DNA from: Vulcanimicrobiota bacterium
GTDB lineage: Bacteria > Vulcanimicrobiota > Xenobia > Xenobiales > JADMJV01
Reading direction: 5' to 3'
Length of the DNA: 64,000 nucleotides
NCBI GenBank assembly: GCA_050250895.1
Contig: JBFWNU010000001.1
Location: forward strand, 3,076,891 to 3,140,890
Part shown: piece after piece, positions 28,570-38,011 of the stretch
Layout: every line of letters starts with the position of its first letter
Numbering within the stretch: position 1 is the stretch's first letter
Made by a program: the position numbers and the translations under genes
Notes under the pieces: model-generated
The model's database searches: none
Told to the model about the DNA's origin: nothing
What the model saw: only the letters and a program-made list of their open reading frames with translations

Positions 28570-31500
28570 ATGCGTAGATTCGAGTTCGTAGAGGGTAACT
28601 CCAGGAAATTCTGGATGATCGAGCGAGACGGCCAGACCTTGCATCTAGAGTGGGGCCGAATCGGGACGGCGGGTCAGCGCAAGAGCAAGGACTATGCCAG
28701 CGAAGCGGCTGCCCAGGCCGACTACGACAAGCAGGTCGCGGGCAAGGTCAAGAAGGGGTATGAAGAGGTTGGCGCCGCGGTCTCGGCGCGACCCCAGCCT
28801 ACCGCTGCCGCCGCCCAGGCCGAGTCGGCCGTGGCCGTGCTCGAACCTCCGCCCGCCCCGGTTGCCCCACCGCCGCCGGCCTCAGCTGACTTGCCCGACG
28901 AGGAGAGGTTCGAGTTTCCCGCAGCCTGGAGCAAGAAGCTGATTCCCTGGCCGGGTCGCGATGAGTGCAAGCCGGTTCGAGGCACCTTAGACAAAGTGAC
29001 CCGGCATTTGTCGGCCGATTCTTTCTGGGTCTTCCCCGATTTCTCGGATCGGGGCCCCCTGGAAGCGCGCCTTAAGACCTGGCTGGCCAACGGCGACCTC
29101 AGCCAACGACCCCAGGACGAAGCGACCTTTTTTCCCTATATCTGCTTCCACGATAAGGCCACGAGCGCGATGGTCGACTGGGTGGTGGCCAGCCGTGGTC
29201 TGGTCTATGCGGTCGAGCTGGCCCTGGGGGCCAACTGGCCGGCCGCCTGTCTGGGCGGCTACCGGTCCGAGGTGCGCGAGACCGTCTTGGTACGGCTGCG
29301 CCATCACCTGGCCGCCGCCTCCCCGGAGCAACGGCAGGCCGCCGAGCAAGTGGCCGAACGGCTGCGCCAGACCAGCCACGAACCCACCCGCCTGGCGGTG
29401 GGACCCGCCAGTTCGTTTCTCTTCCCTTTGCGCCAGGACTGGGTCCGCTACGACGCCGCCCGCGACACCCTGCGCGGCGACGCCGTCTTGCTGTTCTACT
29501 CGGTCACCGAACTCGAGTCGGCCCAGCAGGTGGCGGCCAAGAACACGGCTCCGGGCGACGAACTTTACTCGCTGCTTTACAATCTGGGGGTCGAGGCCCT
29601 GCCGATCTTGCTCGAGTATCTAAGCAAGCCTTATCTCAGCGAGCGGTTGGGAATGCTCGCGAGCATGCTGGCAACCCTGCCCAGCGACGAAGCCCTCGAG
29701 GCCATCTTCGCTCGCTTCCACGAACGTCATTGCAAGCAGGCTTGCTCGGAGGCGGCGGTGCGCTTTCCCCAGCGGACTGTTCGGCTTTGCCTGGGCCATC
29801 GCCAGCGGGCCTCGCTGGTGGAGCTGGCCCTGGCTCGCTGGCCCCAGGTGGCGAGCGTGTGCGAGGGGGTCGAGGCCCCCGAGCTCCTGCCCCTGGCTCC
29901 GCCCGAGAGCTGGCCCAGCGTGCTGGCCGACCCTCCCTGGCTGGGGGTGGCCCGCTCGCGCCCCAAGCCGGTAGCCCTCGAGCCCCTGCCGCACCAGGCC
30001 GAGTTCGTTTGGGAGCCGGGCCAGCAAGAGCAGTGGCGAGCCCGGCGCGGCTTTCATTGGCAGGGCAACAAAACCTTCGAGCAGCAGTGGGCCGAGCGGC
30101 GTAAGGGCCACATCTCCTCGAGCTTCCTGGCGCTGGCTCCCGACCAGCTGGCTGCCCAGGCCCTGGCCGAGTGGAACCCTCGCGACGAGTACGGAATGGC
30201 TGATTGGTTTCCGGCGATCCTGGCTCGTTTCGAGCAGCGGGCCTTGCGGCATCTGGTCGACCTGCTCAACTCTTCCGTGACCCAGGGGCTACCGCTGTTG
30301 GGGCCGATTCGATGGGCTCAGCTGGCCCCGGGGGTGGCGGCGGCACTGAGCAGCAAGACGGTTCGCCACGAGGCGCGGCAGTGGCTGCTGCGCCACCCCG
30401 AGGCGGCCGCCATCGGCCTTATGCCCGACCTTTTGGGAAAAGCCAAGCAGCCTCGGGAGCGGGCCGAAGAGGCTATTCGGCTATTGGCTGCCGAGGGACA
30501 CCGACCGATTGTCGAGCAGGTGGCCGAGCGCTACGGCGTCGCCGAGGCCGTGGCGCAGACCCTGGAAGTCACCCCTCTCGATCTCTTCCCGGCCAAACGA
30601 CCCGACGTGACCCAGTGCGCCTGTTACGACCCCAACCTGTTGCCGCAACTGGTCCTGGCCAACGGGGCCGGGGCTCTGCCGCCCGAGGCGGTCGAGCGCT
30701 TCGCCACCATGCTGGCCTTTTCGGTTCCCGACGATCCCTACGCGGGAGTCGAACTGGTGGCCGAGGCGCTCACCCCGGCCTCGCGGGCCCGTTTTGCCTG
30801 GGCGCTCTTCGAGAACTGGCAGAACACCGGGGGGTCGTCTAAAGAGAACTGGGCCTTTCTGGCTCTGGGCTGGTTGGGCGATGACGAGTGCGCTCGCAAC
30901 CTCTATCCGCTCATTCGCGAGTGGCCCGGCCAGGCTCTCCATGCCCGAGCCGTGCAGGGTCTGGACGTGCTGGCCATGATCGGTAGCGACGAGGCGCTGA
31001 TGTGGCTCTATCGCCTGTCCGTCAAGTCCAAGTTCAAGGGCCTCAAACGCAAGGCCGAGGAGAAGATCGACGAAGTGGCCGAGCGCCGCGGCCTGACCCC
31101 CACGCAGCTGGCCGATCGGCTGGTGCCGGATCTCGGGCTCGACGAGCGGGGAACCATGCTGCTCGACTATGGGCCGCGCCAGTTCACGGTGGGCTTCGAC
31201 GAAGAGCTCAAGCCGTACGTGCTCGACAGCCAGGGCAAGCGCCTCAAGAATCTGCCCAAGCCCGGCAAGAGCGACGACGAATCCCGAGGCCAGGCTGCTT
31301 ACGAGGCTTTCAAAGACCTCAAGAAAGGCGTTCGCGACATCGCCTCGCTCCAGATTCTGCGCCTGGAGCTGGCTATGTGTGGCCAGCGCCGCTGGACCGG
31401 TGATGATTTCCAACGCTTGCTGGTGAAGCATCCTTTGATGATTCACCTGGTTCGACGCCTGATCTGGGGCGTTTTCGAAGGGTCGCAACTCAAAGCGACC

Positions 31501-32040
31501 TTCCGGGTGGCCGAGGACGGCAGCCTGGCCGACCGTAATGAAGACGACTTCGAATTGGAGCCCCTGGCCGAGGTGGGCCTGCTCCATCGTCTCGAGCTGC
31601 CCGACGAGGTGGCCGCGGGTTGGGGAGAGGTGCTGGCCGACTATCAGATCCTGCAACCCTTCGAGCAACTCGGCCGCCAGGTCTTCACCCGCACGCCGGC
31701 CCAGGCCCGCGCTGCCAAGCTCGAGGATTTTAGCGGTGCGGTGGTCCCCACCGGCCGCATTTTGGGCCTGACCAGCCGCGACTGGCAGCGGGGCGAGGCC
31801 CAGGACAACGGGGTCATCTGGTGGGTCAACAAGCTGCTGGGTCCGGGCCACGTCGTCGCCCTGGTTTTCGAGCCAGGCATGATCGTCGGCATGGTGAACG
31901 AAGAACCCGAGCAGCGCCTCGGCTCTATCTACTACATGCAGAATCCTCACCATTGGCCCGAGGAGGATCGCACCTTCGGCGAGATGTCGGCCGTGGCTTT
32001 CAGCGAACTCATGCGAGACCTGGAGACGTTGCGCAGCTGA
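28570..32040 (+). CDS. WGR plus DUF4132 domain protein (YehI/MolR-like)
   Basis: SRKFW...WGRIGTAGQ (WGR); LADRLVPDLGLD, QPFEQLGR (DUF4132). Confidence 0.9.
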   Translation: MRRFEFVEGNSRKFWMIERDGQTLHLEWGRIGTAGQRKSKDYASEAAAQADYDKQVAGKVKKGYEEVGAAVSARPQPTAAAAQAESAVAVLEPPPAPVAPPPPASADLPDEERFEFPAAWSKKLIPWPGRDECKPVRGTLDKVTRHLSADSFWVFPDFSDRGPLEARLKTWLANGDLSQRPQDEATFFPYICFHDKATSAMVDWVVASRGLVYAVELALGANWPAACLGGYRSEVRETVLVRLRHHLAAASPEQRQAAEQVAERLRQTSHEPTRLAVGPASSFLFPLRQDWVRYDAARDTLRGDAVLLFYSVTELESAQQVAAKNTAPGDELYSLLYNLGVEALPILLEYLSKPYLSERLGMLASMLATLPSDEALEAIFARFHERHCKQACSEAAVRFPQRTVRLCLGHRQRASLVELALARWPQVASVCEGVEAPELLPLAPPESWPSVLADPPWLGVARSRPKPVALEPLPHQAEFVWEPGQQEQWRARRGFHWQGNKTFEQQWAERRKGHISSSFLALAPDQLAAQALAEWNPRDEYGMADWFPAILARFEQRALRHLVDLLNSSVTQGLPLLGPIRWAQLAPGVAAALSSKTVRHEARQWLLRHPEAAAIGLMPDLLGKAKQPRERAEEAIRLLAAEGHRPIVEQVAERYGVAEAVAQTLEVTPLDLFPAKRPDVTQCACYDPNLLPQLVLANGAGALPPEAVERFATMLAFSVPDDPYAGVELVAEALTPASRARFAWALFENWQNTGGSSKENWAFLALGWLGDDECARNLYPLIREWPGQALHARAVQGLDVLAMIGSDEALMWLYRLSVKSKFKGLKRKAEEKIDEVAERRGLTPTQLADRLVPDLGLDERGTMLLDYGPRQFTVGFDEELKPYVLDSQGKRLKNLPKPGKSDDESRGQAAYEAFKDLKKGVRDIASLQILRLELAMCGQRRWTGDDFQRLLVKHPLMIHLVRRLIWGVFEGSQLKATFRVAEDGSLADRNEDDFELEPLAEVGLLHRLELPDEVAAGWGEVLADYQILQPFEQLGRQVFTRTPAQARAAKLEDFSGAVVPTGRILGLTSRDWQRGEAQDNGVIWWVNKLLGPGHVVALVFEPGMIVGMVNEEPEQRLGSIYYMQNPHHWPEEDRTFGEMSAVAFSELMRDLETLRS

Positions 32041-33116
32041 TGCAGGTCCAACGTCCGCCCGCCGAGCTACTCTACGCCGACGAACTGGCTCGCCTGGCCA
32101 AGAAAGACAAGCACCCCCGCCCGCCGGGCTGGCGGTTGTCGCTGCCGGCGGTGCGTACTTTCATCATGGGTGACGACAAGCTCAAGGTTCGGCGCAAATT
32201 CGTGGGCAATCCGTCGCTGGTGGATCGCGCCATGGTGACGCTGGCCACCGAGCGCGGGCTGATGCTGGTGGGTGAGCCGGGCACGGCCAAGTCATTGTTG
32301 TCAGAGCTTTTGGCGGCCGCCATCTCAGGGCGCTCGACCCTGACGATCCAGGGGGGCGCCTCGATCACCGAAGACCAGATTAAATACTCCTGGAACTACG
32401 CCCTGCTGGTGGCCGAGGGCCCCAGCCCCCGAGCCCTGGTGCCGGCCCCGGTCTATGAGGCCATGCGTGAGGGAATGCTGGTGCGCTTTGAAGAGATCAC
32501 GCGTTGCCCCCTGGAGGTTCAAGACAGTCTGCTGTCGGTGATGTCGGACCGGGTGTTGGCCGTGCCCGAACTCGCGGGCAAGGACGGCATGGTTTTCGCG
32601 GCCGAAGGCTTCAACCTGATTGCCACCGCCAACACCCGCGACCGCGGCGTCAACGAGATGAGCGCGGCGCTCAAGCGGCGCTTCAACTTCGAGACCGTCT
32701 TTCCCATCCCTGATTTCGACACCGAACTGGCCCTGGTGCGGGAAGAGTCCTCGCGCCTGTTGGAACGCTCGGGCGTGCCCAAAGCTTGCCCCGACGACGT
32801 GCTCGACCTGCTGGTCACGACCTTTCGCGAACTGCGCAGCGGGGTGACGGTGGAGGGTCAGGCCATGGAGCGGCTCAGCACCGTCATGTCCACCGCCGAG
32901 GCGGTGGCCGTGGCTCACGCGGTGGGCGTGCGCGGTTGGTACACCCGCGGAGAACCCGGCAACCCGGCCGACCTGGTCGAATGCCTGGCCGGCACCGCCG
33001 CCAAGGACGACGCCGAAGACCTCAAGCGTCTGCGCACCTATCTAGAACAGCGAGTGCGCCGGCGCGGTGAAGCCCACTGGAAGGCTTTCTACGAGGCCCG
33101 CCATCGACTAGGGTGA
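32040..33116 (+). CDS. yehL: MoxR-type AAA+ ATPase (YehL family)
   Basis: GEPGTAKS, FEEITRC, ATANTRDRGVNEMSAALKRRFNF; TGATG coupling. Confidence 0.85.
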   Translation: MQVQRPPAELLYADELARLAKKDKHPRPPGWRLSLPAVRTFIMGDDKLKVRRKFVGNPSLVDRAMVTLATERGLMLVGEPGTAKSLLSELLAAAISGRSTLTIQGGASITEDQIKYSWNYALLVAEGPSPRALVPAPVYEAMREGMLVRFEEITRCPLEVQDSLLSVMSDRVLAVPELAGKDGMVFAAEGFNLIATANTRDRGVNEMSAALKRRFNFETVFPIPDFDTELALVREESSRLLERSGVPKACPDDVLDLLVTTFRELRSGVTVEGQAMERLSTVMSTAEAVAVAHAVGVRGWYTRGEPGNPADLVECLAGTAAKDDAEDLKRLRTYLEQRVRRRGEAHWKAFYEARHRLG

Positions 33117-34136
33117 GCGCGAAGGCGCGCCCAGTAGCCCCGGCAACGCAAAAATTTGATGGGTGGCTTTGGACTGTTGGGCCTCGAGTTCATGTAGCCC
33201 GCCCTCGTAGTACTCTTTCATGCGCTGATAATACACCAGGTCGGTCTGACCGTCAGAGATCCAGACATAGTAGTAGCGGTGGACCTTGAGGTCGCCCTCG
33301 ACTTCTTTCTCGTCGAGGTCGGCTCGCACCAGCGAGTCGAAGGGCAGCTCGGCGTAGCCGCCGCGGTGCGGCCCGCTAATCACCCGCCGGACGCAGTCGA
33401 TCACCAGGGGCCGACTGTTGTAGATAGGGTACTCGATTCGCCCTTGCCCCGTCTGGGGTGAGCCGAAGCTGACCTCGATGGCCTGCTCGCGCAGGGCCAA
33501 CGGCACGATGCGCTCATTGCCCGCGACATCGTCTTCAAACTGCTCGAGACCCGCCCACTCCAGACCGTAGGCCGAGAACACCGCCGCTACCTGGGGGGTG
33601 TGGCGCAGTAGCCGGGTGTCGTCGGGCCGCTGGCGCGAGAGCAGCTCGCGATCGAAATAGATGGGCAGCAGATAGACCCTGCACTGGCGCAACTCTTCCA
33701 GGCTGTGGCGCCGATAGCCGGTGTGATCTTCAAAAAGGGGAGCCTGCTCGAGGGCGGCCCGAAATTCGCTCGGGCCCTGGAGTTGGGCCAGCCAGGCCTG
33801 GGCCGTTTGCAGGTTGCTCATGGCATGCACCTCATCGGCCAGGCAGCCCAGCACGGCGGCCTGATAAACCCGCCGTAAGATGCCCCCCGGTCGGTCGGGC
33901 ATTTCGGCCACGAACAGGTGGGCGTCAAAGCCTGGCAAGTCGGGGCAGTTCTGGACCGGCCCGACCACCCCGCGCACCACCCAGTGCACCTTGCCGGGGC
34001 GGGCAAAGGCCAGCCGACCGACCACGGTGCCACCGGGCAGCAAAGCCTCATCGAGAACCACCGGTTCGAAGGCGTGCTCGAGAGGCAGGTTGGGGCGAAG
34101 CGACAGGCCCAGGTGAAAGTCGGCGTAAAGCGGCAT
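33108..34136 (-). CDS. hypothetical protein antisense within the yeh-like cluster
   Basis: About 340-aa ORF with globular composition filling the yehL-yehM gap; start uncertain. Confidence 0.65.
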   Translation of the reverse strand: MPLYADFHLGLSLRPNLPLEHAFEPVVLDEALLPGGTVVGRLAFARPGKVHWVVRGVVGPVQNCPDLPGFDAHLFVAEMPDRPGGILRRVYQAAVLGCLADEVHAMSNLQTAQAWLAQLQGPSEFRAALEQAPLFEDHTGYRRHSLEELRQCRVYLLPIYFDRELLSRQRPDDTRLLRHTPQVAAVFSAYGLEWAGLEQFEDDVAGNERIVPLALREQAIEVSFGSPQTGQGRIEYPIYNSRPLVIDCVRRVISGPHRGGYAELPFDSLVRADLDEKEVEGDLKVHRYYYVWISDGQTDLVYYQRMKEYYEGGLHELEAQQSKATHQIFALPGLLGAPSRSP

Positions 34137-34174
34137 GAGAATGAATACCACCGTCCCGTCGGGAAGCCTCCCCG

Positions 34175-36373
34175 ATGCAGCTGCGGGTAGTGGGAGTGCG
34201 TCATCACAGTCCGGCCTGCGCCCGTTTGACCGAGGGGGTGATTCGTCAATTGCGTCCGGCGGTGGTGCTCATCGAGGGGCCGGCCGACATGAACGACCGC
34301 CTCGACGAGTTCCTGTTGGGACACGAGCTGCCCATCGCCCTCTTTAGCTATCATCACGCCGAGCCTTTCAGCTCGAGCTGCTGGGCTCCGTTCTGCGATT
34401 ATTCGCCCGAGTGGCGAGCCCTGGTGGCCGGCCGCGAGGTGGGGGCCGAGGTGCGCTTCATGGACCTGCCGGGCTGGTCGCGTTGCTTCTGGGAGCGCCG
34501 CAATCGCTTCGCCGACGGCGACCGCTTTCGGGCCGACTTCACCGCCGAACTCTGCCGTCGCCTCAATCTTGACGGGCCGGATGCCCTCTGGGACCACCTC
34601 TTCGAACTCGACGACGAGCAACTGGGCGAGCGCCTCGACAGCTACTTCGCCAAATTGCGCTCGGCCGACGAGGAGAGCCCCGAAGACCACGACCGCGAAC
34701 AGTTCATGGCCGCCTGCGTGGCCTGGGCCATGCGGCAAGGCGGGCCGGTGGTGGTGGTGTGCGGCGGCTTTCACAAGCCCTATCTCGAAGTGGCCTGGAA
34801 AGACCATTCGGGTGAATGGCCCGAGTTGCCCGAGAGCCCGGGCCGCCAGGGCAGCTATCTGGTCCCTTATTCTTTCAAGCGGCTCGACAGCTTCGTGGGC
34901 TATGAGTCAGGAATGCCTTCGCCGGCCTACTATCAGGCCGTTTGGGAGGTGGGCGTCGAGGGCGCGGGAGACCACTTGCTCCGGTTGGTCAGCCAACGGC
35001 TACGAGCCAGGAAGCAAGCCGTTTCGGCCGCCGACCTGGTGGCCGCCATGACCATGGCCCGAGGGTTGATGCAGCTGCGCGGTCACGCCGTGATGGGCCG
35101 CTGCGATCTGCTCGACGGGCTGGCTTCGGCCCTGCTCAAACAGGCCCAGGACAGTCCTTTGCCCTGGACCGGCCGGGAGCGGCTGCGAGCCGGAACCGAC
35201 CCGGTGGTGGTCGAGGTTCTGGCCGCCCTCTCGGGCGAACGGGTGGGCCGGCTGGCCGAGGCCACTCCTCAGCCTCCGCTGGTGGCCGACGCTTTCGCCC
35301 AAATTGCACAGGCCGGGCTCGAATTGCCTCAAGAGGTGACCTTGCAGCTCGAGAGCCAGGCCCGGGCCAGTCAGGTGCTGCACCGGTTAGCGGTGTTGGC
35401 GGTGCCGGGGTTCGAACGGGTGAGTGGCCCAAACCTGGCCGTCGAAGCCACTTTGACCGAGCGTTGGAGCCTGGCCGAGTTGCCCACCACCCGCACCGGT
35501 CTCATCGAGGCCGCCGCCTATGGCGGAACCCTCGAAGATGCCGCCCGAAGCCGTCTAGAGGAGTTGCTCCGGGGCTGCCAGGACAGTCAGGCTCTGGTGG
35601 CGGTGCTGACCAAAGCCTATTTCTGCGGGCTGTTCGAGTTTCAGGAGCGGGTGCTGCAGCTACTCTCGCAGTGCCTGGCGGCCGAGTCTTCGCTGGGCCG
35701 GTTGGGCGGTGGCCTGGCCGCCCTCATCGACCTCTGGCGCTATGGCGGCGGGCGCTTTTTGAGCTTTGTCGAGGCCATGTTCGAGCGCGGGTTGTGGCTG
35801 CTCGAGACCGTCGCCGGCGCCGGCTCGGGCCAGGATGGCGAATTGGTGGTGGCGGTGGCGGCCCTACGCGACGCGGTCTTGCATGTCGGGTCGCCGGTCC
35901 TGGCGTTGCAAGGGGTGCTGGCTCGCAAACAACACGACGCCCAGGCTCCGCCAGCCCTGCGGGGCGCCTGTCTGGGTGCTCTCTGGTCGCTGGGTCTGGC
36001 CGACCAGCGAGAGGCGGCCGCCGCGGTGAGGCGCACCGCGCTGCCCGAGCAGCTGGGAGATTTTCTAGCCGGACTCTTCGGTCTGGCCCGCGAGCAGGTC
36101 GTGGGCCAGCCCGGGCTGGTGGCCGTGATCGACGAGCTGGTGCGGGGGTTGTCGCGTCACGACTTCTTTCTGGCCTTGCCGGCGCTGCGGCTAGCCTTTA
36201 CCTACTTTCCGCCCCGCCAGCGCGACCAGCTGGCCCGACTGGTGCTCGAGTTGCACGGCGCTCCGCAGCAGAATCTGCGGTCTCGCCTCAAGGTGGCTCC
36301 CGCCGAGTTGGCCAGGGGCATGGAAGCCGATGCCCGCCTGCTCGAGCTAATGCAGCGATTCGGACTGGCCTAG
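34175..36373 (+). CDS. yehM: DUF5682 family protein (YehM-like)
   Basis: GVRHHSPACA, VLIEGP, YSPEW, VCGGFH, GYESGMPSP. Confidence 0.85.
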   Translation: MQLRVVGVRHHSPACARLTEGVIRQLRPAVVLIEGPADMNDRLDEFLLGHELPIALFSYHHAEPFSSSCWAPFCDYSPEWRALVAGREVGAEVRFMDLPGWSRCFWERRNRFADGDRFRADFTAELCRRLNLDGPDALWDHLFELDDEQLGERLDSYFAKLRSADEESPEDHDREQFMAACVAWAMRQGGPVVVVCGGFHKPYLEVAWKDHSGEWPELPESPGRQGSYLVPYSFKRLDSFVGYESGMPSPAYYQAVWEVGVEGAGDHLLRLVSQRLRARKQAVSAADLVAAMTMARGLMQLRGHAVMGRCDLLDGLASALLKQAQDSPLPWTGRERLRAGTDPVVVEVLAALSGERVGRLAEATPQPPLVADAFAQIAQAGLELPQEVTLQLESQARASQVLHRLAVLAVPGFERVSGPNLAVEATLTERWSLAELPTTRTGLIEAAAYGGTLEDAARSRLEELLRGCQDSQALVAVLTKAYFCGLFEFQERVLQLLSQCLAAESSLGRLGGGLAALIDLWRYGGGRFLSFVEAMFERGLWLLETVAGAGSGQDGELVVAVAALRDAVLHVGSPVLALQGVLARKQHDAQAPPALRGACLGALWSLGLADQREAAAAVRRTALPEQLGDFLAGLFGLAREQVVGQPGLVAVIDELVRGLSRHDFFLALPALRLAFTYFPPRQRDQLARLVLELHGAPQQNLRSRLKVAPAELARGMEADARLLELMQRFGLA

Positions 36374-36843
36374 TCACCCCAGCGGGCCCGGCGTCGCCGT
36401 TCGGTGGCCGTTAGTTCGGCCAGCCTTCGGGCCGCCGGGGTAGACAGAAAGGCTGGGTCGGGGTCGAGGCCGACCCGGTCGAGATCGAGGCGGTCTGAAT
36501 CCCAGCAGGTGGCGATGGTGGGGTCGTGGCTAAAAACCAGATCGGTGTGCCCAGCGCAGGCCTGAAAGAGCGTCTCGAAGGCCTCGTCATCGAGTTCGAG
36601 GCGGGTCCGCAACTGGCGGGCCCGCTCGCCTCCGCGCAAGCCGTGGCCGGGGTCGTGGTCTTCATTCTGGCGCTGGCAGTCGTGAAAATAGGCAAAGCAG
36701 CGGACGACCACCGGATCGGCCCCGGTCTGGCGGGCCAGATAGAGCCCGTAGCACTCGACTCGCTGCCAGTGCTGATAGCCGTGGACAGAGTCCTCGCCGA
36801 GTCGATACTCGCGACGCAATAGCTCGACCAGTTCAGGATCCAT
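36370..36843 (-). CDS. HD-domain metal-dependent phosphohydrolase
   Basis: HGYQHWQRV, YFHDC, HG, HT, CWDSDRLDL. Confidence 0.8.
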   Translation of the reverse strand: MDPELVELLRREYRLGEDSVHGYQHWQRVECYGLYLARQTGADPVVVRCFAYFHDCQRQNEDHDPGHGLRGGERARQLRTRLELDDEAFETLFQACAGHTDLVFSHDPTIATCWDSDRLDLDRVGLDPDPAFLSTPAARRLAELTATERRRRARWGD

Positions 36844-36892
36844 GCTGGTGGGTTCGCAGGCGGCACGGGGCCCCCTTTCGAAGTTGGGCCAG

Positions 36893-38011
36893 ATGGAATT
36901 GGACCCTCTCCAACGTTGGCGATTGGTGCTGGGTGAGGCCGCGGCCGACCAGTTGGGCGGCTGTCAGGGACGATTGGCCGAGTGCGACGCGGCCCTGAGC
37001 TGGCTTTACGGACGCGAAGGCCAGGGCGAAGGACGCGAAGAGCGGCGCAGCGGTGGCAGCGACGACTCGCGGCTGACCACTGTCGACTGGCTCGATTCGG
37101 TCCACCAGCTCTTTCCCAAAGAGACCATCGAGCGGCTCGAGCGCGATGCCGTCGAACGCTATGAGTTAGAAGACCTGGTTACCAATCCGGCCGTGCTCGA
37201 GCGGGCCGAGCCCAATCAGACTCTGTTGCGGGCCGTGCTGCGCACCAAGCATCTGATGAATCCCGAGGTGCTGGCCATGGCTCGCAAGCTGGTGGCCGAA
37301 GTGGTCCGCCAGCTGATGGAGAAGTTTCGCACCAGCCTGCGCTCGGCTTTCCTGGGCACTCTCGACCGGCGCCGTTCCAGCCCCGTCAAGGTGGCCCGCA
37401 ACTTCGATTTTCGCCGCACTCTGATCGCCAACCTCAAGCACTACGACCCGGCCACCCGCCGGCTGGGGCTGGAACGGCCGTTCTTCCACGCTCGCACGCG
37501 ACGCCACACCGAGCGCTGGCAGTTGATCCTGCTCGTCGATCAAAGCGGCAGTATGCTCGATTCGACCATCCACGCGGCCGTGACCGCGTCCTGCTTATGG
37601 GGTTTGCCGGGCATGAAAGTGCACCTGTGTGCCTTTGATACCAACATCGTCGACCTCACCGATCATATCACCGACCCGGTCGAGACCTTGATGAAGGTCC
37701 AGCTGGGTGGAGGCACCGACATTGCCAGGGCGGTGGAGTATGCCACCAGCCTGATCGAGAACCCGCGCAAGGCCATGGTGGTGGTAGTGAGCGACTTTTA
37801 CGAGGGGGGGCAGGTGAGCTGGCTGGTGGCTCGGGTGCGAGCCCTGTGCGCTCAGGGCAGCCTGGTGCTGGGTCTGGCGGCCCTGGATTCTGAGGCCAAT
37901 CCCAGCTATGATCGCGAGATGGCCGCCCGGCTGGTGGCGGTGGGCGCACAGGTGGCCGCCATGACCCCCGGCCAGTTGGCCGAGTGGATCGCCGAGAAGG
38001 TGCGCCGGTGA
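36893..38011 (+). CDS. yehP: VWA domain protein (YehP/CoxE-like)
   Basis: RWRLVLG; MIDAS DQSGSM, GGGTDI, VSDFYEG. Confidence 0.85.
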   Translation: MELDPLQRWRLVLGEAAADQLGGCQGRLAECDAALSWLYGREGQGEGREERRSGGSDDSRLTTVDWLDSVHQLFPKETIERLERDAVERYELEDLVTNPAVLERAEPNQTLLRAVLRTKHLMNPEVLAMARKLVAEVVRQLMEKFRTSLRSAFLGTLDRRRSSPVKVARNFDFRRTLIANLKHYDPATRRLGLERPFFHARTRRHTERWQLILLVDQSGSMLDSTIHAAVTASCLWGLPGMKVHLCAFDTNIVDLTDHITDPVETLMKVQLGGGTDIARAVEYATSLIENPRKAMVVVVSDFYEGGQVSWLVARVRALCAQGSLVLGLAALDSEANPSYDREMAARLVAVGAQVAAMTPGQLAEWIAEKVRR